From positions 1 through 53,787 of the forward strand of contig JACOXN010000007.1 in the NCBI GenBank assembly GCA_016176295.1: DNA of 53,787 bases. The letters are read 5' to 3'. The stretch's first letter is position 1. Each line of letters starts with the position of its first letter. Shown in pieces: positions 18,323-27,069 of this stretch. Below the pieces are notes generated by a model. It was not told the DNA's origin. It worked only from the letters and a program-made list of their open reading frames with translations, and did not search any database. The translations under genes were made by a program, and so were the position numbers. The stretch comes from Candidatus Giovannonibacteria bacterium. GTDB taxonomy: Bacteria > Patescibacteriota > Minisyncoccia > UBA11713 > 2-01-FULL-45-33.

Positions 18323-19708
18323 ATGGCTGAACACTCCCCTTTTTCATCGCTCAATACTTCGCCCTCCCCAAGCATCGTTCGTATGCCTCCGCAAAACATT
18401 GAAGCGGAAATTTCGGTATTAGGTTCCATTCTGCTTGAAGGAAAAGTAGCCGACAAGGTGATCGACATCATCAGTGCCGATGATTTTTATAAAACGGAAC
18501 ACCAGATGATTTTCGATTCTATACTTACGCTTTTTTCCAAACAAAAACCCATCGATGTAGTTTCCATCGCGGATTCTCTCAAAGAAAAGGGACTCTTGGA
18601 AAAAGTCGGCGGCTCCAGCTACATAACAAATCTTGTAAACAGCGTGCCGACCTCTTCCAACGCCGCTTATTACGCTGAAATTGTGAGGAAAAACAAGATT
18701 TTGAGGGAGCTTATAAGCACCTCGCACGAAATCTCCCACCTGGGTTATCAGGGCCAGGATGACGTTGATTCTCTTCTCGACCAGGCCGAGAAAAAAATAT
18801 TCGCCATCTCGCAAAAATCTTTGACGGAAGGCTTCGCGCCTATCTCCGATGAGCTGGAAAAAGCTTGGGAGAGAATTGACAAACTTCACAAAGGAAGCGG
18901 CACGGGCATCCGCGGAGTCGCTACCGGGTTCAGAGACCTGGACAACACGCTCTCCGGGCTGCAAAGATCCGACCTGGTTATTTTGGCGGCGCGGCCGTCT
19001 TTGGGAAAAACTTCTTTCGCCATGGATATCGCGCGGCACGTCGCGGTAAAAGATAACGTGCCGGTGGGAATTTTTTCCCTTGAAATGTCATCGGAGCAGT
19101 TGGTGGACCGGCTTATCGCGGCCGAGGCAAGCGTCAGCCTCTGGCACCTACGCACCGGAAGACTCTCCACGGCGGATGACGGCGAGGACTTTTCGAGAAT
19201 ACGCGATGCTTTAGCCCGTCTATCCAAAGCCCCGCTTTATATTGATGATGAATCTTCCACGAATATTCTCCAAATGCGTGCCAAAGCGAGAAGACTCAAA
19301 GCGGAAAAGGGTCTTGGGCTTATCATAGTAGATTACCTGCAGCTGATGGTCCCCAGAGTCGCCTCCGACAGCATGGTGCAGCAGATAACGGAGATATCCC
19401 GCTCCTTAAAAGGACTAGCCAAGGAACTCGACGTGCCTGTTTTGGCGCTTTCCCAGCTAAACCGTGCCGTGGAGCACCGGAACGACAAAAAGCCGCAGCT
19501 GGCGGACCTCCGCGAATCCGGAGCTATTGAGCAGGATGCGGATGTGGTAATGTTCATTTACCGCGAGGATAAAATAAAGGAAAATTCCGAGCGGAAGAAC
19601 CAGGCCGACATATTGATAGAAAAACACAGGAACGGACCCACAGGCACTGTGACGCTTTATTTCAATCCGGAGCAGGCCAGCTTTACGACCCTTGAGAGAA
19701 CGCTGTAA
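18323..19708 (+). CDS. dnaB: Replicative DNA helicase
   Basis: PPQNIEAE, AARPSLGKT, FSLEMS, IVDYLQLM, LSQLNR, DLRESGAIEQDAD, KHRNGPTG. Confidence 0.96.
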   Translation: MAEHSPFSSLNTSPSPSIVRMPPQNIEAEISVLGSILLEGKVADKVIDIISADDFYKTEHQMIFDSILTLFSKQKPIDVVSIADSLKEKGLLEKVGGSSYITNLVNSVPTSSNAAYYAEIVRKNKILRELISTSHEISHLGYQGQDDVDSLLDQAEKKIFAISQKSLTEGFAPISDELEKAWERIDKLHKGSGTGIRGVATGFRDLDNTLSGLQRSDLVILAARPSLGKTSFAMDIARHVAVKDNVPVGIFSLEMSSEQLVDRLIAAEASVSLWHLRTGRLSTADDGEDFSRIRDALARLSKAPLYIDDESSTNILQMRAKARRLKAEKGLGLIIVDYLQLMVPRVASDSMVQQITEISRSLKGLAKELDVPVLALSQLNRAVEHRNDKKPQLADLRESGAIEQDADVVMFIYREDKIKENSERKNQADILIEKHRNGPTGTVTLYFNPEQASFTTLERTL

Positions 19709-20319
19709 TGGAATCTAATTTTTTTGCGGAACTAAAAAAATATTTCGAAAAATTTCCCGGAATAGGCCCCAGGCAGGCTTCGCGTTTTATCTGGGCACTA
19801 TCCGATTTCCCGCAGGCCGACCGCGAAAATTTTGGCAAACTCATTGCTTCCCTGGGGAACCACTTGGCAAGATGCGCGGAATGCTACCGTATTTTTTCCC
19901 CCGCCGCCCCTGAAAAAAAACTCTGCTCTTTTTGCGCTCCCGGTTCAAGAAGGGACCAATCGTCGCTTATGGTGCTGGAAAAAGACAGCGACCTTTTGAA
20001 CATAGAAAAAGCCTCATTCTACAGGGGTCTCTACCATGTTTTAGGGGGCACACTGGACGCTCTTAATGAAGATAGCCTGGCCCGAGAACGCATTAAAGCT
20101 TTGCATGCGAGGCTCGCAAAAAGAAATTCCGCTAGCCTGGAAATCATCCTGGCTCTCCCGCCGACAAAGCTGGGAGAATTTACTTCCGAATACATAAAAA
20201 AGGTTTTGGAACCCCTGAACATAAAAATAACCCGCCTTGGCCGCGGGCTCTCTACCGGAGTGGACCTAGAATACGCGGATGAGCTTACCTTAAAACAGGC
20301 CATTGACAATAGGAAATAA
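19708..20319 (+). CDS. recR: Recombination mediator RecR
   Basis: FPGIGPRQA, C4 zinc finger, YRGLYHVLGG, ITRLGRGL and LEYADELTL motifs. Confidence 0.92.
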   Translation: MESNFFAELKKYFEKFPGIGPRQASRFIWALSDFPQADRENFGKLIASLGNHLARCAECYRIFSPAAPEKKLCSFCAPGSRRDQSSLMVLEKDSDLLNIEKASFYRGLYHVLGGTLDALNEDSLARERIKALHARLAKRNSASLEIILALPPTKLGEFTSEYIKKVLEPLNIKITRLGRGLSTGVDLEYADELTLKQAIDNRK

Positions 20320-20340
20320 AACAACCCTGCGGGAGCGGGG

Positions 20341-20652
20341 TTATTTTATTTCCAGGATTTTTACGATGCTTACTTCCTGCCGGTGGCCTTTTTTGCGGCG
20401 GCGGCGGGTTTTGGAGTGATAACGGAAGATTTTAATTTTTTCCCTTCTTGTCTGTTCCACAAGCTCGGCGCTCACTTTTTATCCTGAAATATTCGGATTA
20501 CCAATATCAACTTTGCCATCCTCAGAAACAAGCAGGACTTTTTCAAAATCAAATTTATCCCCCGCTTTCTGCGGAAGCTTTTCTACCTCTATTTTTTTGC
20601 CTTCGGAGACGACATACTGCCGCCCTCCAGTCTCAATTACTGCTAATTTCAT
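20341..20652 (-). pseudogene. rplU: 50S ribosomal protein L21 with in-frame TAA at codon 58
   Basis: MKLAVIETGGRQY...GNPNISG, TAA at 20481-20479, then same-frame KVSAELV...FRYHSKTRRRRKKGHRQ...EIK-TAA; may be a sequence error. Confidence 0.85.
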
Positions 20653-20761
20653 ATGGAATATAGTGTAACTCATCCTCGAATATCTTTCAAGGTTGTAATG
20701 CGTTCCACAGCTGTATACCATAAAGATGGCTAGACAACGCAGCTTGACAAAGGAGCGCAAA

Positions 20762-22063
20762 ATGAGCATTTTATCAGACGCACAAAAAAGAACCGACGTT
20801 GCGGCGAAATTATACGGAGCCCCTGCTTGGCTAAGGAGTGAGCTTAAAATGGGCAACCCGCGAAGAGTCGAAAAGCTCAAAATCAAAGCTATGACCAAAA
20901 GCGGGGAAAAAGTTTTTCAAGGCGCAGTGGTAAACGATATGAACCCGTATACGATCGGTATACCGCATCCCTATAAAGGCGGCATAAGATACAAGTGCTA
21001 TGCCTCACCAAAATCCATGCTGGATGTTCTCATGGTATTGGCACGCGACATGACATACAAATGCGCGCTATTCGGCCTGCCATTCGGCGGTGGAAAAACG
21101 TGCGTCAATGTCGATCCTCTACCTCTTACAAGCGCCGAGCGCAAATACATTACCCAGGGGCTAGCGCTGGAAATGCTCGGAGCCAACATTCTGGGTTACG
21201 ATATTTACGTCCCGGGCCCGGACATGGGAACCGACGAAGAAATAATGAAGTATTTCTACTTGTTTTGCGCGAAGGTAAACAGAATTATCCACCGACCCAA
21301 TATCGCCGCCATCTGCACCGGAAAGCCTGTGGAATTCGATGGAATACCCGGACGCAGCGATGCAACTTCCCGAGGAGGTCTCATCATATATTCAACAATG
21401 ACCGAACGCGCAACAGAGACTCCGACCTTCACGATACAGGGAGCCGGAAACGTCGGAATGAACGTTTTCAAGCTCTTAAGCTCACCCGATTTCGAAGTCA
21501 ACGGCAAAGTTATCGCCATCAGCGATGTATCCGGCGGTCTTTACGATCCGAATGGTTTGAATTTCGGGGAAATAAATGAGCACTATACAATAAACCGCAC
21601 GTTTGAGGGATATAACAATGCCCGCCACGTAACGAAAGACGAAGTGCTCCGGTACAAAACCGATGCCTTGTTTTCCGCGGCAGCAGAAGGCTTGATAAAC
21701 AAAGACAATGCCGCAGACATCGAAACCTCTACGCTCGTAGAACTGGGCAATGCGGCCGTTACGGATGAAGCGGAGCAGATCCTCGAGGCGAGAGGAATAA
21801 AAATTATCCCCGACATCTTTGCCAACGCAGGCGGAGTCATTGTTTCTTCTTTCGAATTTAGAATTAATCTGGGAGACGTGCCGCATTATGTGGACCGCAA
21901 GGACCTGAAAACTTGGGTGCACGACGAACTAAGGGAAATCATGAAAAGCACGGCCGAAAATGTCCGTGAAGCCCAGTTAAAATACAAAACGAACCTTCGA
22001 ACTGCCGCATACATCATCGCGCAGCAACAGCTGGAATTTGTGATGAAAAAAAGGAACGCTTAA
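20762..22063 (+). CDS. Glu/Leu/Phe/Val dehydrogenase (glutamate dehydrogenase-like)
   Basis: KGGIRY, MTYKCA, GGGK, PGPDMGT, QGAGNVG, PDIFANAGGV; start placed at ATG 20762 after AGGAG. Confidence 0.88.
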   Translation: MSILSDAQKRTDVAAKLYGAPAWLRSELKMGNPRRVEKLKIKAMTKSGEKVFQGAVVNDMNPYTIGIPHPYKGGIRYKCYASPKSMLDVLMVLARDMTYKCALFGLPFGGGKTCVNVDPLPLTSAERKYITQGLALEMLGANILGYDIYVPGPDMGTDEEIMKYFYLFCAKVNRIIHRPNIAAICTGKPVEFDGIPGRSDATSRGGLIIYSTMTERATETPTFTIQGAGNVGMNVFKLLSSPDFEVNGKVIAISDVSGGLYDPNGLNFGEINEHYTINRTFEGYNNARHVTKDEVLRYKTDALFSAAAEGLINKDNAADIETSTLVELGNAAVTDEAEQILEARGIKIIPDIFANAGGVIVSSFEFRINLGDVPHYVDRKDLKTWVHDELREIMKSTAENVREAQLKYKTNLRTAAYIIAQQQLEFVMKKRNA

Positions 22064-22086
22064 ACCCCGGCTAAACCGAGGTTTTT

Positions 22087-23133
22087 TTATTCGAGGTCAT
22101 CGGGTTTTTCCAAAAGTTCCACTGTAGACTCCATGCCGGTGCCGGTGATGCGCAGCACGTCTTTATCTATTTTTTTAAATTCCTTTGAGGCGCCATTGTA
22201 GGCGTTAACTGCGGCTCCCAGGTTTTTGCCGATCTTTCCCATAAAATCTTCGTAGCTCATCAGGTGCTTGCCGAGTTCCTCGACCCTTTTTCTTATTTCT
22301 TTCGCGGATTCTTCTATCTGCAAGGCCTTCAAACCCTGAAGCACAGTCTGAAGATAAGCCAAAAATGATGTGGGAGAAACGATAATAACCCTCTTTTCCT
22401 TGAATGCGTACTCGATGAGGTCGCGGGTATTCACTTTAACGGCTCCCACCTGCGCCACAAGAAGATCGTAATAAATGGCTTCGTGAGGAATGAACATAAA
22501 TGCGAAATCCATTGTCCCCTCCGAGGGTTTAACGTACTTGGCCGTCTCATCTATGCGGTTCTTCAAATCCTGCTTGAAGGCTTTTTCCAGACGTTCCCTC
22601 TCAAGCGGGTCTTTTTCTTCCGTCAGGCGGTTATAATTCTCAATTGAAAATTTTGAATCTATCGGAATTATTTTTTCTTTAACAAAAACAACGGCATCTA
22701 CTATCGTCCCGTCCGCGAACGGATACTGCATCTGGAAGCTCCCGGGCGGAAGCACATTTTTCAGCAAAGTTTCCAGATAGTACTCGCCCAAAATCCCCCG
22801 CTGTTTCGGATTTTTGAGTATATCCTGTAAATTCTGGAGCTGGTCGGTAAACCCTATCACCTGCCGGTTCGTCTCGTCGAGCTTCGTGAGGCGCTCCGTC
22901 ACGTCGCGCACGAGCTTGGCTGATTCACCGAACTGATGCTGCATTATTTTCGTAGACTCCCCCATTTTGCTATCCACTGCGCGCATAAGCTCGTTTATCT
23001 GTTGCTGAAGCATTAAAAAGGCCTGCGATTGTTCCTCTCCTGCATTTTTTCTTTTTCCCCAGAAAAAATAAAAAGCCAGCCCCCCAAAAAACAAACCTAA
23101 TATAAGTACCGCAAAATCGACTGCATAACCCAT
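22087..23133 (-). CDS. rmuC: DNA recombination protein RmuC
   Basis: N-terminal TM, PKQRGILGE, IPIDSKF, DFAFMFIPHE and VSPTSFLAYL motifs. Confidence 0.92.
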   Translation of the reverse strand: MGYAVDFAVLILGLFFGGLAFYFFWGKRKNAGEEQSQAFLMLQQQINELMRAVDSKMGESTKIMQHQFGESAKLVRDVTERLTKLDETNRQVIGFTDQLQNLQDILKNPKQRGILGEYYLETLLKNVLPPGSFQMQYPFADGTIVDAVVFVKEKIIPIDSKFSIENYNRLTEEKDPLERERLEKAFKQDLKNRIDETAKYVKPSEGTMDFAFMFIPHEAIYYDLLVAQVGAVKVNTRDLIEYAFKEKRVIIVSPTSFLAYLQTVLQGLKALQIEESAKEIRKRVEELGKHLMSYEDFMGKIGKNLGAAVNAYNGASKEFKKIDKDVLRITGTGMESTVELLEKPDDLE

Positions 23134-23227
23134 AATAACAGTTTAACAGGCATAAACCCAAAAAGCTATTGACGTATTTTCTTACAAATGCTAGAACATA
23201 ACTAAGTTAAAGAAAGAAAAGGGCAAG

Positions 23228-23292
23228 GCTTTCAAAGGCTGTCGACTCTATTCCTACCAACGGATAGTTCGACGTTCTTTGAAAGCTTTTTT
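23228..23292 (+). promoter_or_regulatory. Leader hairpin with U-tract (possible attenuator)
   Basis: GCTTTCAAAG (23228-23237) pairs with CTTTGAAAGC (23277-23286), inner stems, T6, then SD and GTG at 23307. Confidence 0.45.
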
Positions 23293-23306
23293 GGAAGGAG
23301 AATTTC

Positions 23307-23726
23307 GTGGAAAATTTAATTTTTGCTTTATTGGCCTGGCTTGGCACCAACACTTCTTATGATATTAGCGCGCCTCCGCCCAGGATAGAATATAAAACCA
23401 TGCGGGAATTGTCGGACATGATGTACGGCGACATTCCCATGAAAAACCGCACTGAAATTTTAGCGGTTTACAGTGTCAAAACCGACACGATACATCTTGG
23501 CGACGGATTTGCTGTAAGCGATAAACAACATCAGGCTATATTATTGCACGAGCTCACCCACCATCTCCAGAATAAGAACAACGTCAAAGTCAGGTGCTCC
23601 TTGCTTTATGAGCCGGAAGCTTACCGGTTGATGAAAAAATGGTCAGAAGACTCCGGCATCCCCTATCAAGGGCCCGGCGAATTAACAATCCAGATTAGAT
23701 TTTCATCATGCCCCGAAGATGATTGA
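23307..23726 (+). CDS. Small HExxH zincin-like protein (DUF6647-like)
   Basis: LLHELTHHLQ...EPEAY motif; GTG start after GGAAGGAG. Confidence 0.7.
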   Translation: MENLIFALLAWLGTNTSYDISAPPPRIEYKTMRELSDMMYGDIPMKNRTEILAVYSVKTDTIHLGDGFAVSDKQHQAILLHELTHHLQNKNNVKVRCSLLYEPEAYRLMKKWSEDSGIPYQGPGELTIQIRFSSCPEDD

Positions 23727-23739
23727 CATTTTGGGAAAC

Positions 23740-23770
23740 AAAAAAGGCATCCGACAGGACGCCTTTTTTT
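23740..23770. terminator. Bidirectional intrinsic terminator
   Basis: AAAAAAGGC...GCCTTTTTTT between convergent genes. Confidence 0.65.
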
Positions 23771-23785
23771 CTTTTGCGCTCCCAG

Positions 23786-23923
23786 TTATTTTTTGGAGAT
23801 ATGCTGCCAGAGCCAGATACCTAGGAGAATTAGATCAATGGTCACCGCGAGCCAAGTTATGACCATGAATAAACCTCCTCCATAGCCCCCCATCATTCCT
23901 CCATAACCGTAATTATTCATCAT
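23786..23923 (-). CDS. 45-aa Gly/Met-rich single-TM small protein (not in ORF track)
   Basis: Hand translation MMNNYGYGGMMGGYGGGLFMVITWLAVTIDLILLGIWLWQHISKK; followed by the terminator. Confidence 0.7.
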   Translation of the reverse strand: MMNNYGYGGMMGGYGGGLFMVITWLAVTIDLILLGIWLWQHISKK

Positions 23924-23978
23924 TTGTTTATATTAGCGCACAATTTGTTAAGATTTCGTTAATAAACCAGAAATTCAC

Positions 23979-24254
23979 TTATTTTGCGCCATGTTTTTTG
24001 CTTTTCCTTCTCCGCTCCATGTCCGGCTTCAGGAAAAAAGAAAGAATGGGGATATTCATCAATTTATGAATGATGTCTTTCAGCAACTCCTCGGTCTCTT
24101 CTGAAAATTCCGAAAGAGCTTCGGCAATCTTGTGGAGGCTTCTGGCAATCCCGACGAGATGGTAAGCCACCAGCGCAACCATAAAGCCGACCACGATTAT
24201 GGCGATTGAGGCTACGATATAAAATACTGTCTGGGCGTATATCAAAATATCCAT
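23979..24254 (-). CDS. Small membrane hypothetical protein
   Basis: 91 aa, N-terminal TM, extended -10 TGCTATAAT 6 nt upstream. Confidence 0.7.
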   Translation of the reverse strand: MDILIYAQTVFYIVASIAIIVVGFMVALVAYHLVGIARSLHKIAEALSEFSEETEELLKDIIHKLMNIPILSFFLKPDMERRRKSKKHGAK

Positions 24255-24300
24255 ACGTATATTATAGCATAAACAATGTTCGGGGGGTTCTGGTTCGAGG

Positions 24301-24375
24301 CGCCCCCGCCGGGATTTGAACCCGGGTTACATGGATGAGAACCATGTGTCCTAGACCAGGCTAGACGACAGGGGC
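24301..24375 (-). tRNA. tRNA-Glu, anticodon CTC
   Basis: Acceptor GCCCCTG/CGGGGGC, anticodon arm CATGG-TTCTCAT-CCATG, T-arm GGTTCAAATCC; CCA not encoded. Confidence 0.93.
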
Positions 24376-24400
24376 ATTAACGTTATTTTTGCACAAAAAG

Positions 24401-25789
24401 TCAAGGTTTGCCAGTGTTTTTCAGGGCCATGCGTTTTTTTGCTTTCCCACCGCAGGCGAGGATAAAACGGTCATGCATTGAAAGCATTTCTGTTTCTCCC
24501 AATTGATTAAATGCCAGGAGAGCATCTTCCGACCGCAGCCGGAACTCTTCGTCTTCCGCGAGCACTTCCGGATGCACCTGGAAAGCCAGCTCATTCCAGC
24601 CCAAAATATGCAAACCGGAAAGCTTTCGCACTCTTGATAAAGCTACATAGCCCTGCCCGAATTCAAAGACCTCGCTCAAGTCGGCAACAGCCTCGTCCAA
24701 ACTCATCCCCTGGCTTTTGTGCACCGTCATCGCCCAGGCGAGCCGCAAAGGCAGCTGCATTATCCAGGCCAGGATCTTCCCGCCCTCTTCCATAGCCCAG
24801 TCAGCTTCGCCCACCACTATCCTTTTTCCATTCCGGATCTTTACAACAGGCCGCCCGTCATCATCGAATTTTTCCACAGTTCCAAGGGTCCCGTTAACAA
24901 ATCCGTCCGGCGGGCTGTTCTTTGTGAACATAACGGCTGAGCCGGTCTTAAGGCGCAGAATTTCAGGAGAAAGGCACCCACGCTTGAGAGCCGCCACATA
25001 CGACCCGGGCCCGCGCGATGACATATTATATATGCGCTCCACCCCGGGAAGCTTTTCAAGTATTTCATTGTTTACACGGTCCACATCGGCATTATGCGAA
25101 AATAATTTCGGCGCGTCTTTCGGAGCATCGCCGAGACCAATCTTTCTTTTTTGAATGTGCCTCAAATGTTCATCGGAAAAAATATTTTGCCTGATGGCAT
25201 TTAGAAGTTTGATAAAATCCGGGTCCTCCTGGCGGTGCTGCTCGGTCAAATAACAGACAATGGGGCTCATCTTCTTCCAAACCGGAGAAGAATATGCAAA
25301 CCGGTGCGGCGCCTCTCCAAGGAGTTGCTCGAAATGTTCCAAATTTCGCTTCTCAACCGGAGGCAGCTGGAAAAAATCGCCGACTAAAATAACCTGCATT
25401 CCGCCGAAGGGCTCCTGACTCTGTTTGATCTCTCGGCAGACGGCATCGACCATGGAAAAAGTTTCCGGCAGCAGCATAGATACCTCGTCTATTACAAGAA
25501 CTTTCGCGAGACCTACGCGCCTCGCGATATTTTTGGTAGAAGCGATCCTGTCCAGATCGTATTTATCAAGTTTTGCTTTAATTCCAATGCCGCTCCAGGA
25601 ATGGAGCGTCATGCCGCCGATGTGCGTTGCGGCAATGCCGGTCGAGGCAGTGATCGCGGGCTCAACCGCTCTTCTACGCAAATACGAAACGTATTTGTTT
25701 ATCACGTAAGTTTTTCCGGAACCGGGTTCTCCGGTCAAAAAAACATTTGCGCCGGTTTTAAGAATATCTAAAGCTTCCGATTGGGTCAT
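24401..25789 (-). CDS. Pif1-family SF1B helicase
   Basis: GEPGSGKT, GGMTLHSW, IDEVSM, GDFFQLPPV, QLPLRLAWAMTVHKSQG, GQGYVALSR. Confidence 0.92.
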   Translation of the reverse strand: MTQSEALDILKTGANVFLTGEPGSGKTYVINKYVSYLRRRAVEPAITASTGIAATHIGGMTLHSWSGIGIKAKLDKYDLDRIASTKNIARRVGLAKVLVIDEVSMLLPETFSMVDAVCREIKQSQEPFGGMQVILVGDFFQLPPVEKRNLEHFEQLLGEAPHRFAYSSPVWKKMSPIVCYLTEQHRQEDPDFIKLLNAIRQNIFSDEHLRHIQKRKIGLGDAPKDAPKLFSHNADVDRVNNEILEKLPGVERIYNMSSRGPGSYVAALKRGCLSPEILRLKTGSAVMFTKNSPPDGFVNGTLGTVEKFDDDGRPVVKIRNGKRIVVGEADWAMEEGGKILAWIMQLPLRLAWAMTVHKSQGMSLDEAVADLSEVFEFGQGYVALSRVRKLSGLHILGWNELAFQVHPEVLAEDEEFRLRSEDALLAFNQLGETEMLSMHDRFILACGGKAKKRMALKNTGKP

Positions 25790-25806
25790 CTTCAGACTTT
25801 ACCTTA

Positions 25807-27069
25807 TTACTCCTTTTTTTTCCAAAAGTCATCCTGTCTCGCGAGCAGTCCGAAAGCCTCTTCGGGATGTGCCATTAGCGCTTCGGAAACACGCTCCATG
25901 CGCATTGATTGCGACCCTTTAACCAAGATCAGATCCCCTTCTTTAATCAGATCCTCCAAATATTTCGCCGCTTCGCGCGACGTCGAAAAGCTCGCAATTT
26001 TTTTTTCTGTCATGCCGTGGGCCAGCGCTTCTTCGGCTGTAAATTTCGTGCGCGGCCCCACGGTTATCAGATGGTCCGCCACTTTCGCTATTTCCTGCCC
26101 GACAGCTTTGTGCTGCGGCACCGTGTGCTTCCCCAGCTCAAGCATGTCGCCCAAAACCACTATCTTTCTTTTGGCCTGAAGCGATTCCAATACATCCAAC
26201 GCGGCCGTCACAGCCAAAGGAGATGCATTATACGAATCATCCAATATGCGAGTGCCTTTCAGTCCTTCAATCATTTTTAAGCGGCCCGGGGGGGATTTAT
26301 AGAGAGAAAGCGCTTCGGACATCTCAATCAAGTTCATATCGAAAGCTGAACCCACTGCAATGGCCGCCAGAGCCGCGTAGACGTGCTGTTTACCGTAGGC
26401 GCCATGCAATCGCACCGGAACATTTGCTCCGTCCATGCTAACTTTGAACGAAATTCCGTCGTCGGAAATTTTATAGTTGGATGCCGATATATCGGCATTC
26501 TCACTGAAACCGTAGCTGATGACAGCGGCGCCGGTGAGTTCGCGCATGTCCCAGCAAATTTCATCATCCCGATTCAAAATAGCTTTTCCGGAAGCCGGCA
26601 CGGCTTTTATTATTTTAGATTTTTCGCGGACTACATCTTCCGGCCCCGGAAAAAATTCGACGTGCACCGGAATAAAACCCAGCATAGTAACCACTCCGAT
26701 ATTCGGCTTCGCCACTTTGAGAAGCCTGTCCAAGTCATTGGGCCTGTCCACACCCATTTCCAAAACCAGAACTTCCGGGAACTTTTTACCCCAAAAAACT
26801 TTAAGCCCCGCCCAAAGATTTTTCATCCACCCCAGAGGACTGTGCCACGCCGTTTCGAGGTCAAGCACAGCAAGCGACAAGCCGAGCTCGCTGTTATAGC
26901 TTTTCATGCTCTTTCTAACATTGAACCGGCTTCCCAGAACGGCCGCAATGGCCTCTTTTGTCGAAGATTTGCCGACAGACCCCGTGACTCCCACGATTCT
27001 CGGCTTAAAACGCCTAATTGCGATTTTGGCTTCCAAAGAGAATATTGCTGTTATTATTTTTTTGATCAT
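25807..27069 (-). CDS. murF: UDP-MurNAc-tripeptide--D-Ala-D-Ala ligase
   Basis: GVTGSVGKSSTKE, YNSELG, VLEMG, DDSYNASP, LGDMLELG and KGS motifs. Confidence 0.9.
   Translation of the reverse strand: MIKKIITAIFSLEAKIAIRRFKPRIVGVTGSVGKSSTKEAIAAVLGSRFNVRKSMKSYNSELGLSLAVLDLETAWHSPLGWMKNLWAGLKVFWGKKFPEVLVLEMGVDRPNDLDRLLKVAKPNIGVVTMLGFIPVHVEFFPGPEDVVREKSKIIKAVPASGKAILNRDDEICWDMRELTGAAVISYGFSENADISASNYKISDDGISFKVSMDGANVPVRLHGAYGKQHVYAALAAIAVGSAFDMNLIEMSEALSLYKSPPGRLKMIEGLKGTRILDDSYNASPLAVTAALDVLESLQAKRKIVVLGDMLELGKHTVPQHKAVGQEIAKVADHLITVGPRTKFTAEEALAHGMTEKKIASFSTSREAAKYLEDLIKEGDLILVKGSQSMRMERVSEALMAHPEEAFGLLARQDDFWKKKE

Noticed and set aside
23933-23960. TTAGCGCACAA as a third dif-like site
   Set aside because: Only one arm resembles a Xer site and the other side is not complementary.
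24301-24400. Island integrated at tRNA-Glu
   Set aside because: I found no duplicated tRNA 3' end and no integrase nearby.
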